From positions 248,001-312,000 of the IMG/VR virus record IMGVR_UViG_3300034104_005687: a stretch of DNA of 64,000 nt. One strand, 5' to 3'. A program made the translations under genes and the position numbers. The notes under the pieces were generated by a model. The model made no database searches. It saw only the letters and a list, made by a program, of their open reading frames with translations, and was not told the origin of the DNA. The first letter of the stretch is position 1. Every line of letters starts with the position of its first letter. This document shows, piece by piece, positions 10,483 to 20,470 of the stretch.

Positions 10483-10715
10483 TGATTAAAAACTGGGATG
10501 TAGAGCAAGTTATTTCTTCTTGCCAAAAAATGTATTACGGTGCCAATGACCCGTATGTAACTGGTTGGAACAACTGGCCTTGCAAACAAGACTTATATCG
10601 TGTAAAATTTGCTGTGGACGAGATGCTAAAGAAAACCAATACGTTCGCCGGTGAACAAGAGTGGTTAGAAGAACACAACAAAGAAAAAGTTTGGAAGGCT
10701 TTAAATGAAGTGTGA
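10482..10715 (+). CDS. Hypothetical protein (77 aa)
   Basis: Translationally coupled ORF. Confidence 0.6.
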   Translation: MIKNWDVEQVISSCQKMYYGANDPYVTGWNNWPCKQDLYRVKFAVDEMLKKTNTFAGEQEWLEEHNKEKVWKALNEV

Positions 10716-10851
10716 CACCTGTAGAAAACCCGTCTCTCTTGACTGCGATTGGCGCCAAGGCCGTTGTCCGCATCGCCCGCCAATGTTTACGAGTTATCAC
10801 TATAGATTTCTCAATCTAGCAAATTGGATCAAAGGATTATTTAGAAAATGA
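10705..10851 (+). CDS. Small Cys-rich hypothetical protein (48 aa; not in the ORF track)
   Basis: MKCDTCRKPVSLDCDWRQGRCPHRPP...; fills the gap and overlaps the next gene by ATGA. Confidence 0.55.
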   Translation: MKCDTCRKPVSLDCDWRQGRCPHRPPMFTSYHYRFLNLANWIKGLFRK

Positions 10852-11039
10852 GCAAAGGCACAAGACCTCGTCCTGCTGTGATTTCCCAACAAGAAATTGC
10901 TGCCAGGCATGAAGAAATTTTTGGTAAAAAAGAACCCAAACCCCGATGGGTGCCCCCACCACTTCCCGACGATATGCAAAACGTTGAATCGTCATTTGAA
11001 AAACAACTTGGTAAAAACATTCCACAAGGAAGAACATGA
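10848..11039 (+). CDS. Hypothetical protein (63 aa)
   Basis: Coupled ORF (ATGA overlap on both sides). Confidence 0.6.
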   Translation: MSKGTRPRPAVISQQEIAARHEEIFGKKEPKPRWVPPPLPDDMQNVESSFEKQLGKNIPQGRT

Positions 11040-11959
11040 AAAAACTTTGGGTAGAGCAGTATAGGCCAAACACAGTGGATGGATATGTGTTTGTGGATGA
11101 TAGTCAACGTGACCAGGTACAAAGCTGGATCAACAGCAAGTCTATACCACACTTGATGTTGAGCGGATCAGCAGGCACAGGCAAAACCACACTGGCCAAG
11201 CTGTTGATTCACGAACTAGGTGTGCAGGACTACGACGTAATGTATGCCAATGGATCCAAAGAAGCTCGCAAAGTAGAATGGGTAGACAAACTGATCAGCT
11301 TCTGTCAAACCATGCCATTTGGTGATTTCAAGGTTGTGCTGATCGACGAGGCCGACTACATGAACAAAGATTCAGTTCAGCCTGCGCTGCGTAACCTAAT
11401 GGAAGACTATTCTGAAACTGTGCGTTTTGTTCTTACCTGTAATTATCCGCACAAAATTATTCCGCCTATTCACAGTCGGTGCCAAGGATTTCATATTGTA
11501 AAAACAGATCAAACAGAGTTTACAGCCCGTGTTGCTACAGTATTGGTAACAGAAGGGGTAGACTTTGACTTGGATGTGCTGGACAGCTATGTCAAGGCCA
11601 CATATCCTGATTTGCGCAAATGCCTAAACTTGGTGCAGCTCAACAGTCAATCTGGACAGCTGAATCCTCCAGGTGCATCAGATCGTTCTGCCCGAGACTG
11701 GAAGCTGGAATGTGTGGACCTGTTCAAGAAAGGTCGACTGCGTGAAGCTCGCACCATGATTTGTCAGAATTCTACTCCCGAAGAAGCTGAAGATATCTTT
11801 CGCTGGATGTACGACAATTTGAATCTGTGGGGAAATACTCCAGAACGGCAAGATCAGGCCATTGTGATTATTCGTAACGGACTCGTCAATCACAACTCGG
11901 TAGCAGATGTAGAAATCAACTTGAGTGCTACATTAATTGAATTGGCGCAAATACAATAA
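11036..11959 (+). CDS. Sliding-clamp loader AAA+ subunit (T4 gp44/RFC-like)
   Basis: 'LWVEQYRP', Walker A GSAGTGKT, Walker B 'LIDEAD', 'LTCNY', SRC motif and 'PDLRK'. Confidence 0.92.
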   Translation: MKKLWVEQYRPNTVDGYVFVDDSQRDQVQSWINSKSIPHLMLSGSAGTGKTTLAKLLIHELGVQDYDVMYANGSKEARKVEWVDKLISFCQTMPFGDFKVVLIDEADYMNKDSVQPALRNLMEDYSETVRFVLTCNYPHKIIPPIHSRCQGFHIVKTDQTEFTARVATVLVTEGVDFDLDVLDSYVKATYPDLRKCLNLVQLNSQSGQLNPPGASDRSARDWKLECVDLFKKGRLREARTMICQNSTPEEAEDIFRWMYDNLNLWGNTPERQDQAIVIIRNGLVNHNSVADVEINLSATLIELAQIQ

Positions 11960-12583
11960 TGCCAGGATCTCAGCAATAGCACGATGAGAACGCACCCCAA
12001 ACGTATATCGGGCGCCTGGAATAGAATAATCTAAATGAAATTTATTGACTATTGAAATTTTGTCAATAACAGACTTTGGTAAGTCATAGTCTTGGTCATC
12101 CCAATACAACAGCATGGTACGGCGATCAGCAGTCAATTCTAAAACCTGATCAAAATAATCCAAGAATCGTTTGCGAGAAAACTTAGAGCAATTATCTGTT
12201 GTAACTATATTGTCTTTGTTGCGATAACGATCAAGATTATTGATTTGAACAATAAAAATATCATCGGTGCTGCGTTGACTCAAAATTTTTAAATTTGCAA
12301 GATGATCGTGGTTTTCATGAAAGTAACAACCAATCCCAAAGTTGTTACAGGGCAAGCCTAATTTCTGAGACAACAGGTATCCAAATGTTTGGTGTTCATC
12401 AAGTCCGATGCCAAACGCAATGCTATTGCCAACAACGTTTATGCTAGTATCGGCACTGTATTTGTTTCTAAAACCTAACTCGTTGAAGCAATAGGTCACT
12501 GTATTGGTTTGATCATATCCAAAACATTTTACTGTTGAATTGGCCAAATTTTTCATGTGTGGCGGGACAAACCATTTTTCCAA
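11933..12583 (-). CDS. SGNH-like hypothetical protein (AT-rich, opposite strand)
   Basis: 'FNELGFR...VVGNSIAFGIGL...TF..LL.......NFGIG' pattern resembles 24463..25320. The start may be 12556. Confidence 0.5.
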   Translation of the reverse strand: MEKWFVPPHMKNLANSTVKCFGYDQTNTVTYCFNELGFRNKYSADTSINVVGNSIAFGIGLDEHQTFGYLLSQKLGLPCNNFGIGCYFHENHDHLANLKILSQRSTDDIFIVQINNLDRYRNKDNIVTTDNCSKFSRKRFLDYFDQVLELTADRRTMLLYWDDQDYDLPKSVIDKISIVNKFHLDYSIPGARYTFGVRSHRAIAEILALLYLRQFN

Positions 12584-13287
12584 TTTAAAATTTCCTTAAG
12601 AATTTGCGTTTTTTTTGCATAGTCAACACTGGGAATAGACACCAGCTCAGTGCAAAAGTCTCTCTGATTTGCTTGTTGATATTGAGCGTATATTGGCTGC
12701 CAAATTTCCCATCTTTTGTGATCAATACTGAGTTGTAGATATTTGAATATAACAGGCAATTTTTGATCCAGCAGCTGGAACAGATCAACATAATTGATCT
12801 TGCACACTGCTGGTATTGTTGCTGGTATTTCATAATATTGCATAAAAGATTTATGACATTCCAACAGAGTTTCTTGTACTAACTGAGCATCGTAATTTTT
12901 ACCAATTGATTCAATTGCAGCAATATAAGGATTTAGAGATTTTGGTATAGTTATCATTGCCCTTGCCATTAAGATTTTGCTATAATCAGTTGTGTCAAAA
13001 ATAATTTTTTTTCCTGGGAGAGTCAATAAGTATTCGAAGTCGTCCTGACTTCCCGGAACAGCATAGATTATACTGTGCTCTGTTGCGTGATCAAAACGTA
13101 TTTTTAAATCTTGTATGCGTAAATGATCTTTGATATAGCTGTGTGCAACAGATCCCATCAATGGATTTGTTCTGATTTTGTGTTTGACTCCATCCAGCGT
13201 TTGATAAAAAGTATCGCCGCGAAGAAATGAAATAGACCAATTCAAAAATGTAAACCCGCACCCACCAGGACCAATTGTTAACAACAT
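12553..13287 (-). CDS. Hypothetical protein, possible P-loop/sulfotransferase-fold
   Basis: 244 aa; N-terminal 'GPGGCGFTFL' loop; AT-rich. Confidence 0.45.
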   Translation of the reverse strand: MLLTIGPGGCGFTFLNWSISFLRGDTFYQTLDGVKHKIRTNPLMGSVAHSYIKDHLRIQDLKIRFDHATEHSIIYAVPGSQDDFEYLLTLPGKKIIFDTTDYSKILMARAMITIPKSLNPYIAAIESIGKNYDAQLVQETLLECHKSFMQYYEIPATIPAVCKINYVDLFQLLDQKLPVIFKYLQLSIDHKRWEIWQPIYAQYQQANQRDFCTELVSIPSVDYAKKTQILKEILNWKNGLSRHT

Positions 13288-13296
13288 AAAGAAACT

Positions 13297-13590
13297 ATGA
13301 GATATCTACTACTTACCTATGTAACCAGACCCAATGGGAAAATTGACGAACAAATGGAGATTAGCCGTCGTGTAAAACAGCGAGATCTTCAAATGTCCAA
13401 TGTAATTCTTGACTTTAAAGAGTTAAAGGTAGTGAAGTGTAGCATGAGCGGCACTGTGATTCCCAGGGATTGGGACCGAATTGTCAGCTACTACCATCAA
13501 CACTATGCATCGACTATAGAACGATTGCTGAAAGAAAACGGCTACGAAATTGTAAAACCTGATCAACAACCGGCAGAAGAATCCAAATGA
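13297..13590 (+). CDS. Hypothetical protein (97 aa)
   Basis: ORF coupled to the next gene. Confidence 0.65.
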   Translation: MRYLLLTYVTRPNGKIDEQMEISRRVKQRDLQMSNVILDFKELKVVKCSMSGTVIPRDWDRIVSYYHQHYASTIERLLKENGYEIVKPDQQPAEESK

Positions 13591-14177
13591 AAGATAGAGT
13601 AATTTTGGTAGATGCAGACGGTGTACTTCTTAACTGGGAATACGCTTTTGCAATCTGGATGGAACAACACGGATTTAAAACAGTGCCCGGCAGTCAATTC
13701 GACTACAGCATGGGCACACGGTATGCAATTGATGCCGATCAATCCAAGCGATTGATCAAGATGTTCAACGAATCAGCTGCTATTGGATTTTTGCCTGCAC
13801 TCAGAGATGCAGTATACTATGTCAAACGTCTGCACGAAGAACACGGATTTGTGTTTCACTGCATTACCAGTTTGAGCTTGGATCCCAATGCAGGCAAGCT
13901 GCGCGAAATGAATCTAAACAAACTGTTTGGATCAACTGCATTTGAACGTGTGGTGTGTTTGGACACTGGTGCTGACAAAAATGCAGCTCTTGAACCATAT
14001 CGTGATTCGGGACTTTGGTGGGTAGAAGACAAGCCTGAAAATGCCGATGTTGGCCACAACATGGGATTGAAAAGTATACTAATGGAACACGGGCACAACA
14101 TGAAACATGAGTGCCCGTATCCTGTGGTCAAAAATTGGCGAGAAATTTACTCAATAATTGCTCCTCAATCTGAATAA
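13587..14177 (+). CDS. HAD-superfamily phosphatase / 5'(3')-nucleotidase-like (T4 gp30.2-like)
   Basis: Motif I 'LVDADGVLLNW', 'ITS' and motif IV 'WVEDKPEN'. Confidence 0.8.
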   Translation: MKDRVILVDADGVLLNWEYAFAIWMEQHGFKTVPGSQFDYSMGTRYAIDADQSKRLIKMFNESAAIGFLPALRDAVYYVKRLHEEHGFVFHCITSLSLDPNAGKLREMNLNKLFGSTAFERVVCLDTGADKNAALEPYRDSGLWWVEDKPENADVGHNMGLKSILMEHGHNMKHECPYPVVKNWREIYSIIAPQSE

Positions 14178-14899
14178 AGTTTCAAGACATCGCCGATGAT
14201 TTTGTGACGCTGCACATCTCGACTTTCCAGTTCACACACTGCAATTCCTCGAACAGGATGATCTTGCAATCGTTCACACAGATCCAATAGTCCGTTGTCA
14301 CCCGAGGCTCGGTCAGCTTGTTCAACATCACCTGTGATCACAATACGTGAGTTTGTGCCGATACGTGTCATCAGCATCTTGGCCTGTGCTGGGGTCGCGT
14401 TTTGCATTTCGTCTGCGATGATCCACGAGTGTTTGAATGTCCTGCCGCGCATGTAGGCCAGTGGCGCAATTTCAATGACTTGATCTTCAATCATGGCCAC
14501 AATATCTTGTGGTCTATAGTGTTCACGCAATACGTCCAGCAAAGGACGAGTCCATGGTTCCATTTTGGCCACTAGGTTGCCAGGGAGGAATCCGTGTTGT
14601 TCCCCTTCAACTCCCACTGCTGGGCGTGTCATAATGATTCGTTCGCAATCTCCTTCTTTCAGTGCTTTGATAGCAGCTAACATAGCTAGGTAAGTTTTTC
14701 CTGTACCTGCTGGACCTACTGTGACCACAATGTGTTGTGCTGCATCTTGCAGCGCCAGCACCAGTTGTTCTTGGTTTCGTGTTCGAGGGACCAGATCAAT
14801 GCGTCTAGACTGTGGTCTAGGTGCTTGATCAAAACTGATGGTGTTTTCATGGTGTGGCATACGTTTTGCTTGTGCCTTTGCGGCGCGGTTTCTGCTCAA
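14165..14899 (-). CDS. phoH: PhoH-family ATPase
   Basis: 'GPAGTGKTYLA', 'TRPAV', 'GFLPG', 'AYMRGRTF', 'DEMQN', 'TRIG', 'GDVEQ', 'VQRH'. TTG start at 14899 follows an AGGAG RBS. Confidence 0.95.
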   Translation of the reverse strand: MSRNRAAKAQAKRMPHHENTISFDQAPRPQSRRIDLVPRTRNQEQLVLALQDAAQHIVVTVGPAGTGKTYLAMLAAIKALKEGDCERIIMTRPAVGVEGEQHGFLPGNLVAKMEPWTRPLLDVLREHYRPQDIVAMIEDQVIEIAPLAYMRGRTFKHSWIIADEMQNATPAQAKMLMTRIGTNSRIVITGDVEQADRASGDNGLLDLCERLQDHPVRGIAVCELESRDVQRHKIIGDVLKLYSD

Positions 14900-15080
14900 A
14901 GTGTTTACTCCTGGTTGTGCCCTTGTTTGGGCAAGAATATTTACGGTCACAAAAAAATCAAGATATGTGGATACATTATGCTGTGTTTTTACCATAAGTA
15001 TTTCTCTATGGCAGACGTTTTGAACGGACTGTGTGCAGCAGATACCGTATCATAAATATTTCAATAAACGCACACTGACC

Positions 15081-17216
15081 ATGACTACATCATCTCCTGC
15101 ACCTGTTCCTGTACCGTCACCGTCACCCACTCCGTTGGTAGAAAGCTTTGCACCAAGACCAGTGCGTCCTGCACAGGATCCTGGTGTACCAGTAACCACC
15201 CCAACAGTGGTCCCGGCCAGTGAACGTAAAAGAGCTCCACCACCTGTGACGCCTGGCGCCGGAATAGGCACAAGCGTGACATCCATAAACAGTGTGCCGC
15301 CATTGGCAGATATCACAACTGATGCTGCCGATATTACTCCTGCTTCTACAACCGGCAATACTGTAATACCAACTATAACAAGACCAGGCGGCAATGTAGG
15401 AGCCATACAGTTCAACAACGGCAATGCATTTGGAGGCAATGCTAATTTGACCTTTGCTCAGGGCGGGTTATGGGTCGGAGGCGTGTCAAGTTCAGCAAAT
15501 GCTAGTGGTATAATCACTACCAAAAATGATTTTCGTGCAGGTACTTGGAGTCCTATTAGATCTAGTGCCGAGAACCCTGCGTTTAGTCGACTTCGTTTTG
15601 TTGCAAATGCACCCAACGCAAATACTAGTTTTTATGGGTTCAACAGCGATTATCAAGTAATTCAACAGCAATGCACAGTTGTAACCAATGAAAATGTAAC
15701 TACAACAGCCATGGTATTAATGGAAGGAATCGCATATAATGAGGAGTACGCATCGGTACAACCGGGTACTATTTTTGGCATAAGTGTTAACAATGGGTTT
15801 GGTGACCCCATAAGCACCGGTAATGAATACGGCTGGCAAAGACTTATGCAACTTGATAATTGGGGAACACTTAGTGTCGGCGGCAATATCTCAATAAAAC
15901 CTAATTTTAACTATATTTATAATAATGAGAATCCAAATGAGCCCGGTAGGTTTGGTATTGTATTTGCAGATGGCTCATATCAATGGCATGCACCTATTAT
16001 ACAAAAAGACAGTGCCAATGTTGTGGCAAATGCAAGTATAGTTAATTTTGTAGGCCCTGGTGTCACAGTAACCAATGCAAACGGCATTGCCAATATCAGT
16101 ATCTCTAGCGGAAACATTGTATCAGGCATTGCTGTACAAGAAGAAGGCTCTAACGTAGTTGCCACAGCAAATACCATTAACTTTGTGGGTGCAGGTGTCA
16201 CTGCCAGCAATGTAGGCGGAGTTGCCACCATCACAATTCCAGGAGGCAATGGCTCAGGTATTGTTGTGCAAGAAGAAAGCTCAAATGTTCTGTCTAGTGC
16301 TAGCACACTTAACTTTGTGGGTGCAGGTGTAACAGCAAGTAATGTAGGCGGTGTTGCAACTATTACAGTTCCAGGCAGCAGCGGCATCAGCGGCGTCAAC
16401 ATTCTGTATAATGCCAGCGTTGTAACTGCCAATGCTACCACTATCAACTTCTTTGGACCTTTGGCCAATGTAACCAATGTAGGCGTTGGTAATGCCACAG
16501 ATGTTGGTATTGGATTGACTGTTCAAGATGAAAGCACAGTTGTTACAGGAAATGCAGCCATTGGCACACTTAACTTTCTTGGCGCAGGTGTTACTGTAAC
16601 TGCTGGTCCAACTGGTGTTGCAAACATCACAATTCCCAGTGGCGGTGGCACACCTGGTTCACCAAACGCATCAATTCAATTCAACGATGGGGGCAGTTTT
16701 GCCGGCAACACATATTTTACCTTTAACAAAACCAACGGAAACGTGGATATGGCATTGGGTAATCTCACAGTTTCTAACGGTAATATCACTGGCTACACCA
16801 ATGGCATCCCGCTGGGCTACAAGTACCTGCCTGGAAATTCAGTAACTGGCAATCGTGACATATCTTCATCTGACATAGGAGGCTACATTGTTAAATGGGG
16901 CAATAGCGATATAACACTAACAACTCCTGGTTTTCCTGGCGATAGCAATCTTCCAGTTGGAACAAAGATTGAAATTTTCAATGCAAATCCAACTGGCAAT
17001 GCCAACATTGTGGCTGGCAGTGGTGGTGGTACCAGTACAGTGCTTGTGGGTCCACGTCCCAATGCTGAAGGTATTTTGAGCTACGTGCAAGTTGGTCCTT
17101 ATGAACAAGTGACCATGGTTAAATTAGGAGCATCTGCCAGCAACGTATACACTGGCAACAGTGTGGTTTGGTTCTGCTACGGAAGTGCTTATCCACTGGG
17201 AGTGGCGTACCCTTGA
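15081..17216 (+). CDS. Tail fibre / receptor-binding-like protein with Pro-rich N-terminus
   Basis: About five repeats of 'VQEEGSNV...TINFVGAGVTASNVGGVATITIP' and two 'IQFNxG..F.G' motifs. CATAAATA upstream; ATG 15081 is the likely start. Confidence 0.7.
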   Translation: MTTSSPAPVPVPSPSPTPLVESFAPRPVRPAQDPGVPVTTPTVVPASERKRAPPPVTPGAGIGTSVTSINSVPPLADITTDAADITPASTTGNTVIPTITRPGGNVGAIQFNNGNAFGGNANLTFAQGGLWVGGVSSSANASGIITTKNDFRAGTWSPIRSSAENPAFSRLRFVANAPNANTSFYGFNSDYQVIQQQCTVVTNENVTTTAMVLMEGIAYNEEYASVQPGTIFGISVNNGFGDPISTGNEYGWQRLMQLDNWGTLSVGGNISIKPNFNYIYNNENPNEPGRFGIVFADGSYQWHAPIIQKDSANVVANASIVNFVGPGVTVTNANGIANISISSGNIVSGIAVQEEGSNVVATANTINFVGAGVTASNVGGVATITIPGGNGSGIVVQEESSNVLSSASTLNFVGAGVTASNVGGVATITVPGSSGISGVNILYNASVVTANATTINFFGPLANVTNVGVGNATDVGIGLTVQDESTVVTGNAAIGTLNFLGAGVTVTAGPTGVANITIPSGGGTPGSPNASIQFNDGGSFAGNTYFTFNKTNGNVDMALGNLTVSNGNITGYTNGIPLGYKYLPGNSVTGNRDISSSDIGGYIVKWGNSDITLTTPGFPGDSNLPVGTKIEIFNANPTGNANIVAGSGGGTSTVLVGPRPNAEGILSYVQVGPYEQVTMVKLGASASNVYTGNSVVWFCYGSAYPLGVAYP

Positions 17217-17267
17217 TATTAGCAAGAACTATATTACACGCCGACTAAATATTTTGATAAACACACT

Positions 17268-18029
17268 ATGACTATTTCGTCTCCTGCCCCAATTCCTGCC
17301 CCATTGCCGCCAGTCACTCCGTTGGTAGAGACTTATGCACCAGCACCAGTGCCTGTGCCCCCGCCCACAGTGACCCCGCCAGAAGTATTCAGGCCAGGCC
17401 CCCAACCAGCACCACCGCCTGAACCCGATTATCCTGAACTCAATGCTGAACCCGTGGCACCGCCTGATCCTCAATTGATCCTGGCCCGAGGCAGTGTTCC
17501 TTATGCTGTAGCAGTGTTGGACGAAGGTGATTTGGTTACTCCCAAAGTAACTCAGATGAATTTTATCGGTGCGTCGATCACAGCGTCAGCTGATGGCAGC
17601 CGAGCATCCATACAGGTCAGTCCACAAACTGTGTCCACAGTCAGTGCAGGTACAGGCATACAGGTTGTTGCAGTTCAGGAAAGTAATGGTACCAATTATC
17701 AAGTTATCAATACTTTTACAGAAGTTGTAATAGATCTTGGCACTGTATCAGGTACATTTACTCCCAACAGAAACAACGGCACCATACAAAAACTAACACT
17801 AACTGGCAACATTGTGCTAAACGCACCCAGCAATATGTCAGCTGGGCAAAGCTTGACATTGATTATCAAGCAAGACGGATCAGGAAATCGAGGGTTTACT
17901 CCTGCAAACACATATTTGTTTGCCAGCGGATATCAAACATTGAGTCCCGAAGCCAACGTCACTGATATGCTAAACATGTTCTCTGATGGAACATTTGTCT
18001 ACGCCACTTTGACCAATGGATACGTCTAA
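17268..18029 (+). CDS. Fibre-related structural protein with Pro-rich N-terminus
   Basis: N-terminus is paralogous to the previous gene. C-terminal 'LTLTGNIVL.AP.N..AGQSLTLIIKQDGSG.R' phage fibre module. Confidence 0.65.
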   Translation: MTISSPAPIPAPLPPVTPLVETYAPAPVPVPPPTVTPPEVFRPGPQPAPPPEPDYPELNAEPVAPPDPQLILARGSVPYAVAVLDEGDLVTPKVTQMNFIGASITASADGSRASIQVSPQTVSTVSAGTGIQVVAVQESNGTNYQVINTFTEVVIDLGTVSGTFTPNRNNGTIQKLTLTGNIVLNAPSNMSAGQSLTLIIKQDGSGNRGFTPANTYLFASGYQTLSPEANVTDMLNMFSDGTFVYATLTNGYV

Positions 18030-18655
18030 TGCCAACAGGTGCGTCAAGACTGGGATTTTGGTGGGTAACTCCGTTTGCGCCGCCACCTCCGCCTCCTGAA
18101 CCTCCAGTAGATCCGCAACCCATTGATTTTGATGCCGACTACATTGTAATCGAATACACATTTACCAACGGTAGAGATCTTGACACCAGGTCTAGGGTCA
18201 ATATTCCTACTTTGCCTCCGCCCACCGGCGGCGGGCCATATATTGGATGGGGACAAGGTATTTCACAGGGCAGTTATGTCAGCGGTACTGTTTTGACCTG
18301 GGGCGGGGACAACACAGGCCAAGGTGTTGAAGCCACACTGCTAGATTTGAGAGTAATCAAGAGTCAATTCCCATCTGCTACCAATGTAGAAGTTGAATGT
18401 AGATGTATGTGGTTTGGTGCAGTGGGCAATTTGCCTGTGTATCTAACACTGCTTATGTATCAAGGCGGCACAATGGTAAGAAGCGGATTTACCTGGACCA
18501 ACCCCACTGCCACTGCTGCACAAACTGTGTACAGCACAGGCAAGGTAATAACTGCATATTCAAGAACTCCAAGCAACAACGGCGAACTTTTGGGCAGCAT
18601 TGTTTACAATGTAACCGATGGGGAAGGTGCCATAACCATTGTGCCCATCCCATAA
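18029..18655 (+). CDS. Hypothetical structural protein (208 aa)
   Basis: Coupled ORF; Pro-rich linker followed by a beta-rich domain ('DLDTR', 'WGGDNTGQGVE'). Confidence 0.6.
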   Translation: MPTGASRLGFWWVTPFAPPPPPPEPPVDPQPIDFDADYIVIEYTFTNGRDLDTRSRVNIPTLPPPTGGGPYIGWGQGISQGSYVSGTVLTWGGDNTGQGVEATLLDLRVIKSQFPSATNVEVECRCMWFGAVGNLPVYLTLLMYQGGTMVRSGFTWTNPTATAAQTVYSTGKVITAYSRTPSNNGELLGSIVYNVTDGEGAITIVPIP

Positions 18656-18693
18656 TTAGGACAAGTTAGCAGCAGCAACTCATAAATAATCAC

Positions 18694-19269
18694 ATGGACA
18701 AAGAGATTTTCAAGAACCACGAAGACTACTGGCAAGTAGCAGACAACATTCGCGACATCTACATGAGCGACGGCAGTCTCACTACCTTGCTGGATTTTGA
18801 GCGTGTGTTGGACGAAATGGACATGTATGCTTTCAAAAACTGGGCCATAGGAGAACTGATTCAGGGTCCTGTGATCTCAAAATACCGAGTGGCCTGCACG
18901 TTTATGTGGCCCTACAAGCTAATGCCGGACCCGCGTGCAGCACGCAGATTGCTGCCGTTTGACTGCGAAGTCAACTACAAAAAGCAAAAGATCAAGATAC
19001 CAATTCGCATCACTGACCCCAGCGATTATCGCCCGGGCACAGCCAAAGCACGACTCATTGAAAAACCTGTGTGGCTGGTAGAAATTGTGATGCCCAAGGC
19101 TCTCATGAGCGACATTCGTACAGGCAGCATTGAAATGGAAGACCAGGACATTGACCTGGAAGATCTAGATTCAGCCTACGAGGAAGATCTAGACAAAGAA
19201 GAATATCAAAACGACAATCAGGCGCAAGATGCACAGCAACAACTCAACCAACCCGCACCCGCTGTTTGA
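18694..19269 (+). CDS. Hypothetical protein (191 aa, acidic tail)
   Basis: CATAAATA motif 13 nt upstream; clean ORF. Confidence 0.7.
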   Translation: MDKEIFKNHEDYWQVADNIRDIYMSDGSLTTLLDFERVLDEMDMYAFKNWAIGELIQGPVISKYRVACTFMWPYKLMPDPRAARRLLPFDCEVNYKKQKIKIPIRITDPSDYRPGTAKARLIEKPVWLVEIVMPKALMSDIRTGSIEMEDQDIDLEDLDSAYEEDLDKEEYQNDNQAQDAQQQLNQPAPAV

Positions 19270-19786
19270 AGGCCTTGAATACAAGGATCTAGACGGCATC
19301 ATGAAGTCCACTGTTCATGTGGACGAGTTTGCCTCCAAAATGGGCGACGACGCTGACATCATTGTGCTGAGCTTTTTTGTACGCGACAAAGCTGCTGCTC
19401 GTGATCTAATGTCGTGGTTTGAAAAAGGCTATGAATTTGTGTTGGACGCAGACGTAAGCCCTGGAGAAATCAAACCTGGACGCTACTTGGTATATTTGGA
19501 AATACGTCGTCGCAGTGCTGCAGGACGCCATATTCAGTCATTGCTGGATGATCTGTCTACCTTGACTGAGTTTGAGCCCAAGGACTGGAGATTCACCTAC
19601 GATGATCAACAGTATGATTGGAGCGAAGACAAGTTTGAGCAGGTAGTGCCCTTAACTCCTGATGCATATCGTCGTGAACACGAATCTGAACTCAACGAGT
19701 GGCGCACTGCTGCAGGCTTGCCCGCTAAACGAATTCACGAAGTCAAACCCGACATACGTAGTTTACAGAACGCTGCTGGAATTTAA
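19229..19786 (+). CDS. Hypothetical protein (185 aa)
   Basis: Overlaps the previous ORF; clean reading frame. Confidence 0.7.
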   Translation: MHSNNSTNPHPLFEGLEYKDLDGIMKSTVHVDEFASKMGDDADIIVLSFFVRDKAAARDLMSWFEKGYEFVLDADVSPGEIKPGRYLVYLEIRRRSAAGRHIQSLLDDLSTLTEFEPKDWRFTYDDQQYDWSEDKFEQVVPLTPDAYRREHESELNEWRTAAGLPAKRIHEVKPDIRSLQNAAGI

Positions 19787-19816
19787 AACTGCAATTCACA
19801 GCTTCATACATAGTGT

Positions 19817-20470
19817 ATGATAGTAAAAAGTTTCGGTTGCAGCTTTGTATGGGGGTCTGAACTATCAGATATCAACCTTAAAAATAAAAAGTTCAGTTCA
19901 TTGACATGGCCTGCTCTGATTGCAAACAAAAAACAAGCCCAATATCAGTGTCACGCTCGCCCTGGTGCTGGAAATTTCTTTATATTACAAAGTCTGCTGA
20001 ATCAGTTACAAGATCCCGACGATCTATACATTGTGAACTGGACGTTTCACGGACGGTATGATTATGTGTTTGCACACGGTGAAAAAACTACAACATCGTG
20101 GCATTCAATCACACCTTGGGACATGCACGATCGTGCAAAATTTTATTATCAAAATTTTCACAGCGAACTTGTTGACAAGTTGCAAAATTTGATCTGGATA
20201 TCGTCAGCTGTTGCAGCGTTGACTGAGGTCAATGCAAAATTTTGCATGACCTATATGGACAACTTGTTGTTTGACAGTCGATGGAACTGTACTCCGGCAA
20301 TGATCAAATTACAAGAAACGGTTAGACCTCATCTACATCAATTTGAAGGACAGAACTTTGTTGATTGGAGTCAAAAGAATCAATATCCCATAGGATCTGT
20401 GGGCAATCATCCCTTGGAGCAAGCACATGCAGCAGCGGCTGAATACCTGATAAATCAACGTTTGGTATAA
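19817..20470 (+). CDS. SGNH-hydrolase-like protein
   Basis: 'FGCSFVWG...TWPALIA...ARPGAGN' plus C-terminal 'HP..AH'. Confidence 0.55.
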   Translation: MIVKSFGCSFVWGSELSDINLKNKKFSSLTWPALIANKKQAQYQCHARPGAGNFFILQSLLNQLQDPDDLYIVNWTFHGRYDYVFAHGEKTTTSWHSITPWDMHDRAKFYYQNFHSELVDKLQNLIWISSAVAALTEVNAKFCMTYMDNLLFDSRWNCTPAMIKLQETVRPHLHQFEGQNFVDWSQKNQYPIGSVGNHPLEQAHAAAAEYLINQRLV

